Assembly: GCA_965223415.1 (NCBI GenBank)
Contig: OZ245002.1
Coordinates: 5,056,001-5,120,000, forward strand
Length of the DNA: 64,000 bases
Reading direction: 5' to 3'
From: Myxococcota bacterium
GTDB taxonomy: Bacteria; Myxococcota_A; UBA9160; UBA6930
Part shown: piece after piece, positions 16,695 to 25,045 of the stretch
Numbering within the stretch: the first letter of the stretch is position 1
Layout: every line of letters starts with the position of its first letter
Position numbers and translations under genes: made by a program
Notes under the pieces: generated by a model
Databases searched by the model: none
The model's input: only the letters and a program-made list of their open reading frames with translations
Told to the model about the DNA's origin: nothing

Positions 16695-19673
16695 CTAGCC
16701 GGCAACACGCCGCCGAATGTCGGCAACGGAAGTTCCGAGCGCAGCCATTCCGAGGCCAGCTGCGGTCTCTTCAGCCTCCCCAAGCTCCTTCAGCGCCTGG
16801 TCGACCTGTGCCCGCCCGCCTAGCGCCAAGCGAACCCGGGCTGAATCGACCAAGGTGTGCGCCCGCCAGACCGGGCATTGCGCCTGGCTTTCCGCTTCAG
16901 CCGCCGACTCCAGCCTGGCAATCGCAGCTTCGAGGTCACCCTCAGCCGCCAGCAGTTTCCCAACGATTCGCTCAACGGTTCCCCACGTCATGACCCCGTA
17001 CCCCGCCATCGGGCGCTGGGACGAGAACGGAGCCAGTGCTTCGCGAAAGCGCGGTGTGTCTTCGGTGACCGAGAACGCAAGGCACACTTCTGCCAGGACA
17101 GTCAGCGTCAGGAGCCAGACGTTGTCGAGCGACAGAAAGGAGATTCCTCCGGCGAGCCCGCGGTAGTCGTTGCGAGCAAGCTGGTCCATCCCCGCTTGCT
17201 CCGCGTACCGGCACCTCACAGCCCTCCACACGACGAAGCCTGGGAATTGATCAACGATTTCTGTGATCGAGGGGACGGCTTCGTTGAAGCGACCCTGGTG
17301 GTACGCGGTTACAACGAACATCGCGCCACTACTGTGAATGAGGTTCGCGTCTCCATAGGGCCCACCAACGCGTGCCATTTCCGCCGAGTGGCGCTCGACA
17401 GCTCCCCAGTCGCCCTCATCGAGCGCAATGCTCGCCCGGTAGAGGACTGGATACCATCGGCTCTCGGGAGTCCCCGGCCTCTTGACGACTGCCTCGAGAC
17501 GCGAGATCTCTCTCTCCCGCTCTACCCGCCTACCAAGCTCTGCGAGAGTAGACGCACGAAAGATCCGCGCGACGATCTCCACCTGACGCTCTGAGGCGTC
17601 GGCGGCCGCGGCGGCCAGTCGTGTGGCAGCGTTTAGGCGCTCGACCACGTCACCCGGCTGCCAGAGGGCCGCGATTCGAAAGGCCTCCACGAAGAGCTTC
17701 GAGCTTCGCTCTCCTGAGGCCGCGGCGGCCCGCGACGCATCTTGAAGCAAGCGCCGCCGCTCCTCGGATGAGCCCGGTTCCCAGTACAGCGCCATGGCGA
17801 GCCGGGCCAGTAGGCGTGCGCGTTCCTCCTTCGCGGATAGAGGCACCTGCGCGAGCGCACGGCGGGTGACCGACAACGCCACCTCATCGACTCGTCCCGC
17901 CTCGAGCGACGTAACGCCGGGAGCCACTGTCAAGGCGGCCTGGCATGCAACCCCCCAATTGCCGCTCTGCTCAGCGATGTCCATGGCCCTGAGCACGGTC
18001 CGCCTCGCGTCCCCTCGATTTCCCGCAGACATCTGTGCGGCTGCAAGGTTGCCCAGCGTGGCGGCTTGCAGCTCGGCCCCTATCGAGTGTTCGCGCATCA
18101 GGGCGAGAGCACGCTGACAGTGCGCGACAGCTTCTGAGAATGCACCGCGCGCGAAGGCCTCGAGTCCGGCCTCGGCGGAGTACCTCATCGCCGGCTCGGG
18201 GCCGCAGGCTGGAATGGCCTCTGAAAAGTGATGTGCAAGCGCGGAAGCGATCTCGGATCGGTCGGATCGTTCCAAGGCCGATGCGACGGCAGAGTGGTGC
18301 TGGACCCGATGGCGCTGCTCGATCGCGGAATAGATCGCATCCCTCACGAGGAGATGCGCGAAGCTCGTGATCCGCCCATGCGGCCCCGGTGATCGGAGGA
18401 GGTCAGCATCGACCGCTGGTTCAAGGTCTCGAGACAAGCTTGCCAGATCGCACCCTAGGACTTCGGCCAGCAGATCGAGATCGACCTCCTGCCCGAGCAC
18501 GGCAGCAACATCCAGGGCGCGCCTCGACTGCGGGGGTAGGCGATCGACGCGATCGATCGCAGCGCCCAGCGCGTTCGACGGCAGGTTGGTTGTATCTTGT
18601 GAGATCGGCCCAGCCAGAAGCTGCGAAAGAAAGAGCGGATTGCCCCCCGAGAGCCGAAACAGCCTCTCGACGTGGTCTCGTGCAGTTCCAACGCCGATCT
18701 GAGTCGCGAACTCCCGCGTCGAGTCGATATCGAGGGGCCCTAGATCGAGTACCGCACAACGGCTCTCGAGGCTCCTCAGAGGCGGAACCAGGTCCGCCGT
18801 CCACTCCGTCTCTGCCCCTCGATAGGCGGCGAGCATTCGAAGCGCACAGGGGCGCATCTCGAAGCACACGAACATCGCCTGCCGAAACGAAGCGCCATCG
18901 GAGCGATGGAGATCGTCGATGACAAGGACCGGCGAGAGTCGATCAGCGGCTTCCCTCCAGAGCTCCGCTGTCTCGTCCAGCGCGGCGAAGTGCGTCGCCG
19001 CGGCCAATCCAGCTCCATCGGAGGCGGACCGGCCCGGACGAGCTAGCCAACCATCGGCCTTCTCGACCAAGGGCGTTTCGCCGGAACTCGAGGCGAAATC
19101 GCGGAGCTCGCGCGCAAGCTGAATCCACGGCCAGAGCGGAGGCGCCCCCGGAGTCTCGGCACAGCGGCCGACGAAGATCGGGGAACCTGATGCGCGGGCT
19201 CGCCTCGCGAACTCGGACCAGAGGCGCGTCTTTCCCACGCCCGGCTCTCCGCGAAGGAGAACCAGCCGAGTCTGCTCGCCCGGTGCGTCCAGCAGCTGCG
19301 CCTCGAGCTGCGCAAGCTCTGCGGACCGGCCGATGAGGGGAGGCCCTGCTTCATTCGGGCCCGAGACGATTTCGACGTCTGTGGCGAAGCGGATCCCTCT
19401 CCCTCGAACTGTTTCGATGAGCCGTGAGTTCTTGGCGTCATCACCGAGTACACGCCGCGCCGAATAGATCGCCTGAGAGACGACGTGGTCCGAGACGTGT
19501 ACCCCTTTCCAAACCTCCGCGAGCAGCTCAGACCGAGTGACGATCCGACCCCGAGACCGGGCTAGGTAGAGAACTACGTCGAGGACTCGTCGCTCGACGG
19601 GAACTAGCTTGGATTCGCGGCGAAGCTGGCCAGCGAAGTCGTCGATCTCGAAATCAAGGAAGCGATACAGCAT
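16695..19673 (-). CDS. Winged-helix (OmpR/CadC-type) + AAA/STAND ATPase + TPR-like regulator
   Basis: N-terminal ...IETVRGRGIRF wHTH; Walker A GEPGVGKT; Walker B VIDDLH; SGGNPLFL; helical C-terminus. Confidence 0.85.
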   Translation of the reverse strand: MLYRFLDFEIDDFAGQLRRESKLVPVERRVLDVVLYLARSRGRIVTRSELLAEVWKGVHVSDHVVSQAIYSARRVLGDDAKNSRLIETVRGRGIRFATDVEIVSGPNEAGPPLIGRSAELAQLEAQLLDAPGEQTRLVLLRGEPGVGKTRLWSEFARRARASGSPIFVGRCAETPGAPPLWPWIQLARELRDFASSSGETPLVEKADGWLARPGRSASDGAGLAAATHFAALDETAELWREAADRLSPVLVIDDLHRSDGASFRQAMFVCFEMRPCALRMLAAYRGAETEWTADLVPPLRSLESRCAVLDLGPLDIDSTREFATQIGVGTARDHVERLFRLSGGNPLFLSQLLAGPISQDTTNLPSNALGAAIDRVDRLPPQSRRALDVAAVLGQEVDLDLLAEVLGCDLASLSRDLEPAVDADLLRSPGPHGRITSFAHLLVRDAIYSAIEQRHRVQHHSAVASALERSDRSEIASALAHHFSEAIPACGPEPAMRYSAEAGLEAFARGAFSEAVAHCQRALALMREHSIGAELQAATLGNLAAAQMSAGNRGDARRTVLRAMDIAEQSGNWGVACQAALTVAPGVTSLEAGRVDEVALSVTRRALAQVPLSAKEERARLLARLAMALYWEPGSSEERRRLLQDASRAAAASGERSSKLFVEAFRIAALWQPGDVVERLNAATRLAAAAADASERQVEIVARIFRASTLAELGRRVEREREISRLEAVVKRPGTPESRWYPVLYRASIALDEGDWGAVERHSAEMARVGGPYGDANLIHSSGAMFVVTAYHQGRFNEAVPSITEIVDQFPGFVVWRAVRCRYAEQAGMDQLARNDYRGLAGGISFLSLDNVWLLTLTVLAEVCLAFSVTEDTPRFREALAPFSSQRPMAGYGVMTWGTVERIVGKLLAAEGDLEAAIARLESAAEAESQAQCPVWRAHTLVDSARVRLALGGRAQVDQALKELGEAEETAAGLGMAALGTSVADIRRRVAG

Positions 19674-19697
19674 GGATGAGCCGGCAGAGAGAGTGCA

Positions 19698-19724
19698 GCA
19701 TCGGCCAATCGCGAGGAAACCAAT
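19698..19724 (-). promoter_or_regulatory. Candidate sigma28-type promoter
   Basis: ATTGGTTT-N11-GCCGATGC upstream of the STAND regulator (consensus TAAAGTTT-N11-GCCGATAA). Confidence 0.35.
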
Positions 19725-19787
19725 GCAGGCCTCAATCTAACGACTCGATGCCGAGGCGCGGCTGGACGGTTTCGGCGGGGGTGTGCC

Positions 19788-20309
19788 TCAGAAGTCCACG
19801 AGGATGCAGAGGCCGCTGCTCGGCCCCAAGGAGCGGCCCAGGCGATCGCGGGGGTCGACGGGGTAGCCGGTGCCGGCCTGACCGCGGAATTTCGCGGGCA
19901 GCTCGAGGATGGCGATCACGGGGCTGCCGCCGGCGCAGTTCTCGAGCTGGCCCAAGGTGAGGCCGGACGGCTCGGCGGGGCCATAGGCGAGGACCGGGGC
20001 GGGTGCCTGGCGAACGGGATAGGCGCCCAGAACTCGTGGCCGCGGTTCGTCGGCGGGCAGCACCACGCGGGCGGGTACAGCTCGCCCCTCCGCGTCGAGG
20101 CCGAGCGCGATACGAAGGGGTCCGTCCGCCTGCTCCGCGGCGAGCCAGGGGTCGCCGTAGGCGGGGTCCATGCGCGGGGTGATCAGGACGGCCGCGGCGG
20201 CTGCTGCGAAGCACGCACCCACCACCAGGGCGTGTCGGAGGGGGATTCGACCCACCGGGACGAGCCCGCAGCTGGGATGGGAACGGCGGTGCTGGGCATT
20301 GGCGTCCAT
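19788..20309 (-). CDS. Hypothetical protein with one TM/signal segment
   Basis: 173-aa ORF with ATG start filling the gap; hydrophobic ALVVGACFAAAAAAVLI. Confidence 0.5.
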   Translation of the reverse strand: MDANAQHRRSHPSCGLVPVGRIPLRHALVVGACFAAAAAAVLITPRMDPAYGDPWLAAEQADGPLRIALGLDAEGRAVPARVVLPADEPRPRVLGAYPVRQAPAPVLAYGPAEPSGLTLGQLENCAGGSPVIAILELPAKFRGQAGTGYPVDPRDRLGRSLGPSSGLCILVDF

Positions 20310-20441
20310 CGCGTGGAACGTGCCAGACGACCCGGAGCGGAAACCTCAGGATTCGCTAAAGGATCCTCCCCTCGGGGACAGCCAGGCGCCAACGCTCGTC
20401 CGCCTGGTTCGCTGCGTCCCCATCTGTCAGGTTCCGCCGCC

Positions 20442-21371
20442 ATGCACATCCTCGTCACAGGTGCCGCAGGCCTCGTCGGCCGCCAGCTGCTGCCTCGCCT
20501 CGAAAGGGAGGGCCACGACGCAATGGGCTGCGACGTCGCCGGCTCCGGCTGCGAGCACGAAGTGGACGTGGCCAACCCGGTGGCTTTCGGAGCCCTGGTC
20601 GACGCGCTGCGGCCCGAGGCGATCGTGCATCTTGCGGCGATCTCGGCCACCCGGACTCCGGAGGACGATCCCGCCCAGGTCTTCCGCGTCAACTTCGGCG
20701 GCGTGCAGTCGGTCCTCGCTGCGGTGCGAGAGAGGGTTCCGGCGGCGCGCCTCTTGCTGGTGAGCTCGGGGCTGATCTACGGATGCGACCTCGCGGAAGG
20801 CGAGGCCTTCGACGAGACGGCGCCGTTTCGCCCGCGCGGGGCCTACGGGTGGAGCAAGGCGGCGGGGGATCGGCTGGCTTCGCTTCACGCGGAGCAGCAC
20901 GGGCTCGACGTCGTGCGTGTCCGGCCCTTCAACCACACGGGGCCGGGTCGCCGAGACGACTTCGTCGAGGCCAGGCTGGCGAGGCAGATCGCCGCCGTCG
21001 AGCTGGGCATCCAGCCGCCCTTCGTCGACGCCCTCAACGTCGAGGGTACGCGCGATTTCCTCGCGGTGGAGGACGTGATCGACGCCTACGCCAAGCTGCT
21101 CGCCCCGTCGGTGCCAGCCGGCACCTACAACATCGCGAGTGGCCAGGGCGTTCGCATTCGCGAGGTCTTCGATCGTCTGCTCGCCGGGAGCACCGCGGAG
21201 GCGGAGCTGCGGGTGGCCCCGGAGCAGCAGGACCCTTCTGACCGCAGCGTTGGCAACGCGCAGCGGCTGCGCGATGCGACCGGCTGGGCGCCTCACCGCG
21301 ACCTGGACGAAACGCTGGGCCGCCTGCTCGAAAGCTGGCGCCGCACGCTGAGAGACGGGGCCGTCGCCTAG
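20442..21371 (+). CDS. NAD-dependent epimerase/dehydratase (GDP-4-keto-6-deoxy-mannose reductase, Rmd-like)
   Basis: ILVTGAAGLVG, HLAAIS, YGWSK, RPFNHTGPG, RDFLAVEDV. Confidence 0.85.
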   Translation: MHILVTGAAGLVGRQLLPRLEREGHDAMGCDVAGSGCEHEVDVANPVAFGALVDALRPEAIVHLAAISATRTPEDDPAQVFRVNFGGVQSVLAAVRERVPAARLLLVSSGLIYGCDLAEGEAFDETAPFRPRGAYGWSKAAGDRLASLHAEQHGLDVVRVRPFNHTGPGRRDDFVEARLARQIAAVELGIQPPFVDALNVEGTRDFLAVEDVIDAYAKLLAPSVPAGTYNIASGQGVRIREVFDRLLAGSTAEAELRVAPEQQDPSDRSVGNAQRLRDATGWAPHRDLDETLGRLLESWRRTLRDGAVA

Positions 21372-22126
21372 ACGAGGCCCCCGAGCAGCTCGACGAGATC
21401 AGCGCGGATCGGCATGAAGTAGAGCGATGCTTGCCGCTCCTCCGCCCAGGCCAGGGCCGCGGCCGCATACCTGCGGTTCCATGCGAGGCTGGGCTCGAAG
21501 TCACGGGGCAGGAAGGCGCGGTTGCGCCTCTCCCAGTAGCGCCGCGTCGAAGCGGCGAGTACCGGCGACACGCCCCAGTAGACGCGCTCTTCGTCCAGCA
21601 GATCGGCCCACACATCCTGGTAGCGGAGGTCGAAAAACGGCTGGGTGAAGAAGCCGTCGGCTCCGGCGGCGCGCTTCTCGGCGGCATAGGCGCACTCGCG
21701 TTGCGGGCTCGAGCGATAGGGGTCCAGGGCCGCGTAGATCGTCAGCTCGGGGAGGCTCTCCCGGAGGGCCCGGATCAGCGCGACGCTCGAGGTCACACCC
21801 TCCGGCGTGTCGCCGTCCGGCGTGTCGCCCTGGACGACGATCACCTCGTGGAGGCGAGCGGCCGAGAGATGCTGCTTCAGCACATCGAGGGCGAGGCCGC
21901 CGCCATGCGCTCCGAGCAGGTCGACGTCCGCGGCCCGCAGGTGCGGGATCGCGCGTCCCACGAAGCGGCGCGCGAGCCGGCAGGCCACCCAGCTGCGCAG
22001 CTCGAAGCGCGTGAGGTCCGGGATGTTGACCGTGTCGAAGCCCGGGAAGCGCTTCGCGATCTGGCGCAGCTCGCGCTGGAGGGTGGCTTCGTCTCGGGGG
22101 ACGAGCTCGATCGAGTGAGGCGTCAA
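21368..22126 (-). CDS. metF: Methylenetetrahydrofolate reductase family protein (short MetF-like)
   Basis: SIELVPR, VNIPD, IPHLRA, VVQGD, EKRAAGADGFFTQPFFD. Confidence 0.75.
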   Translation of the reverse strand: MTPHSIELVPRDEATLQRELRQIAKRFPGFDTVNIPDLTRFELRSWVACRLARRFVGRAIPHLRAADVDLLGAHGGGLALDVLKQHLSAARLHEVIVVQGDTPDGDTPEGVTSSVALIRALRESLPELTIYAALDPYRSSPQRECAYAAEKRAAGADGFFTQPFFDLRYQDVWADLLDEERVYWGVSPVLAASTRRYWERRNRAFLPRDFEPSLAWNRRYAAAALAWAEERQASLYFMPIRADLVELLGGLV

Positions 22127-22159
22127 TCCAGATATATTACTGTATCCGGATATATTGAT

Positions 22160-23020
22160 TCAAGCTCTCCACATTGCTGCGAGCCAGTGGTCGCCCAGCC
22201 CATCCCGATCCCGCCGGGTCCGCTCGGGCACCAGCCCCAGCCGGGCCCGGGCCTCCTTGAGCAGCCCCTCCTCCTCCTTCAGCAGGCCCGAGAGGATCAC
22301 CCGGGCACCCGGCGCACACCGGGCCCGGATCTCATCCAGCAAAGGGAACAGCTCCGCCCGGATCAGGTTGGCCAGGACGAGGGAGAAGGGTTGGGGGGAG
22401 AGCGCCGCCAGGGGGCCCGTCCACACCCGGAGGCCCGCCTCGAGGCGGTTGCGCGCGGCGTTGTCGCGGGTGGCCTTGCAGGCCAGGGGGTCCAGGTCCA
22501 GGGCCACCACCTCCCGGGCGCCGAGGGCGAGGGCCGCCAGCCCGAGGACACCGGTTCCGCAGCCCACGTCGAGCACCCGCGCTTCCTCCAGTGCGGGGGA
22601 CGGCAGGGCCGCCAGGAGCTCCAGGGCGAGGCGGGTCGAGGCGTGGCCCCCGGTGCCGAAGGCCTGGCCCGGGTCGATCACCAGGGCGGTCTGGCCGGGT
22701 GCCGGCTCGAAGGGCACGAAGGAGGGGGTGACGGCGAGGCGCGGGCTCACGACGACCGGCTCGAGCCCCTCCTTCCAGGCCTCGCTCCACGCCACGTCGG
22801 CGACGGGCTCGGGCGGGCCGATCTCCAGCTCGCCCCCCACCGCCGCCCGGAGCGCGGCCTGGACGGCTCCCCCCCGGGCCTCGAGGGCGAAGACGATCAG
22901 CCGGGCGGGATCGTCGCGCTCCTCTCCGCCCTCCGCGCCGGCCCCGACGGCCGCCACCAGCGCCCGCTCCCGCGCGTCGGGGGTGCCGCCCTGCAGCGTC
23001 AGGCTCACGTAGGCGCTCAA
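22160..23020 (-). CDS. prmA: Ribosomal protein L11 methyltransferase
   Basis: WSEAWK, IDPGQAFGTGGHASTRL, VLDVGCGTGVL, ANLI, ILSGLL; start taken as TTG at 23020 (uncertain). Confidence 0.9.
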   Translation of the reverse strand: MSAYVSLTLQGGTPDARERALVAAVGAGAEGGEERDDPARLIVFALEARGGAVQAALRAAVGGELEIGPPEPVADVAWSEAWKEGLEPVVVSPRLAVTPSFVPFEPAPGQTALVIDPGQAFGTGGHASTRLALELLAALPSPALEEARVLDVGCGTGVLGLAALALGAREVVALDLDPLACKATRDNAARNRLEAGLRVWTGPLAALSPQPFSLVLANLIRAELFPLLDEIRARCAPGARVILSGLLKEEEGLLKEARARLGLVPERTRRDRDGLGDHWLAAMWRA

Positions 23021-23057
23021 ACCTGCCGAAGTTAGCGGAGAACCCGCGAGGCCTCCG

Positions 23058-24041
23058 TTGCACGACGCCGAACCTTCGCCCCTGGATGCCCCTACGGCCG
23101 CCGAGCTGGCTGCGAAGCTGCGTGCGAGCTGCGAGCACGCGCTGCGCGGTAAGCCACGCGTCGTCGAGCGCGCCATCGAAACCTTGATCGCCGGCGGTCA
23201 CCTCCTGCTGGAGGACGTGCCCGGGGTCGGCAAGACGACCCTCGCCGCGGCCCTCGCCCGCAGCGTCGCCGGAAGCTTCCGCCGCATCCAGTTCACGAGC
23301 GACCTGCTGCCGAGCGACGTGATCGGCGCGGCCCTTCCGGAGCTGGCGAACGGCCACCCCACCGGCGGCTTCGTCTTCCATCCGGGGCCGCTCTTCGCCC
23401 ACGTGGTGCTGGCGGACGAGATCAACCGCGCCAGCCCGAAGACCCAGTCGGCGTTGCTGGAGGCGATGGCCGAGGGCCACGTCACGGTGGACGGGGAGCT
23501 GCACCCCCTGCCCCAGCCCTTCTTCGTCGTCGCGACCCAGAACCCGATCGAGCACGCGGGCACCCACGTCCTGCCCGAGTCCCAGCTCGATCGCTTCCAC
23601 GTACGGATCTCGATCGGCTACCCCTCGGCGGAGGACGAGGCTGCGGTGCTCCGAGACGATCCAGCGACGACCGCCCTGCCCCAGCTCGAGGCGGTGGTCA
23701 CGCCGGGCCAGGTGATGGCCCTGCGCGCGTGCGCCCGGCGCGTGAAGTTCGACGACACGCTGATCGCCTACCTGCTGGCGATCGTCGCCGAGACCCGCGA
23801 GCACGAGGCCGTCCAGGTCGGCGCGTCCACCCGCGCCGCCCTCGCGTTGCGGCACGCCGCCCAGGCCCACGCATTGCTCGAGGGGCGCGACTTCGCCATT
23901 CCCGAAGACGTGCAGGATCTCGCGTCGGACGTGCTCGCCCATCGGCTCGTGGTCGACGGCCATGCCCGCGGGCACGCGTCCGCCGATGAGGCGCGCTGGA
24001 TCCTGCGGGAGATCGTCGAGCGGGTGCCGGTTCCGTTGTGA
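23058..24041 (+). CDS. moxR: MoxR-family AAA+ ATPase
   Basis: GHLLLEDVPGVGKT, RIQFTSDLLPSD, LADEINRASPKTQSALLEAM, ATQNPIE. Confidence 0.93.
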   Translation: MHDAEPSPLDAPTAAELAAKLRASCEHALRGKPRVVERAIETLIAGGHLLLEDVPGVGKTTLAAALARSVAGSFRRIQFTSDLLPSDVIGAALPELANGHPTGGFVFHPGPLFAHVVLADEINRASPKTQSALLEAMAEGHVTVDGELHPLPQPFFVVATQNPIEHAGTHVLPESQLDRFHVRISIGYPSAEDEAAVLRDDPATTALPQLEAVVTPGQVMALRACARRVKFDDTLIAYLLAIVAETREHEAVQVGASTRAALALRHAAQAHALLEGRDFAIPEDVQDLASDVLAHRLVVDGHARGHASADEARWILREIVERVPVPL

Positions 24042-25045
24042 GCGGCGACCCGCGCGGCCGCTGGGGACGGCGCCTGCGCCGCAGCCTCCGGCCCCCGCGT
24101 TCGCTCAAGCCCACCCGCGCCGGCTGGTGCTTCTTCGCCCTCACCCTCGGCGTGGGCTTCGCCTCGCTGAACACCGGCAACAACCTCCTCTACATGGTCC
24201 TGTCGGTGCTGTTGGCGTTCCTCGTGCTGTCCGGCGTCTTCTCCGAGGCCGCCCTACGACACGTCCGGGTGCGCCGGCGCCTGCCGCGGGAGGTGTTCGC
24301 GGGCACGCCGGCCTCGATCGTCTACGAGGTGCGCAACCACAAGCGCCGGGTGCCGAGCTACGCGATTGTCGTGGAAGACCTGGCCGGCGCGCATCTCTTC
24401 CAGACCGAGCCGGCCGCACGGGCGTTCTTCTTCCTCGTCCCCGCCGGCGAGACGGTCACCCGGGCCGCGCGCTGGACGCCGGACGCCCGGGGCGAGACCC
24501 ACTTCGCCGGCTTCCGCATCTGGACGCGCTTCCCCTTCGGGCTGTTCGTGAAGGCGACGGTGGTCGAGCAGGCCCAGAGCATCGTGGTCTATCCGGAGCC
24601 TCTCGCCCACCTGCCCGTCGCCAAGGGCAACCGCTGCAGCGATCCCGGTGAGCGCGCCGCCGGCCAGGGCGGCGAGAGCGCCGAAGCCGCAGGGGTGAGA
24701 GAGTACGCGCCGGGCGACAGCTTCCGGCGCGTGCACTGGCGCCACAGCCTGCGGCGGCGCGAGCTGCTCGTGCGGGATCGGGAGCAGGACACCCGCCCCG
24801 AGCTCGTCGTCACCCTGGCCACGCGAGGCGTGGCCCCCGGGCCGGGCTTCGAGGCCGAGGTCAGCCGCGCCACCGGCCAGCTCGTCCGCCATCTGGCGGA
24901 GGGCTGGCGGGTCGGATTGCGCACCGAGCACCACTTCCTGCCCCCGCGTCTGGGCGGGGCGGCGCGGCGTGAGATGCTGGCGTTCCTGGCGACGGTGCAG
25001 CCGGCCGAAGCCGACGCGAGCGGCGGCGCGGAGAACGCCGCGTGA
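24038..25045 (+). CDS. DUF58 domain protein
   Basis: NTGNNLLY, FPFGLF, VREYAPGDSFRRVHWR; follows moxR. Confidence 0.9.
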   Translation: MSGDPRGRWGRRLRRSLRPPRSLKPTRAGWCFFALTLGVGFASLNTGNNLLYMVLSVLLAFLVLSGVFSEAALRHVRVRRRLPREVFAGTPASIVYEVRNHKRRVPSYAIVVEDLAGAHLFQTEPAARAFFFLVPAGETVTRAARWTPDARGETHFAGFRIWTRFPFGLFVKATVVEQAQSIVVYPEPLAHLPVAKGNRCSDPGERAAGQGGESAEAAGVREYAPGDSFRRVHWRHSLRRRELLVRDREQDTRPELVVTLATRGVAPGPGFEAEVSRATGQLVRHLAEGWRVGLRTEHHFLPPRLGGAARREMLAFLATVQPAEADASGGAENAA

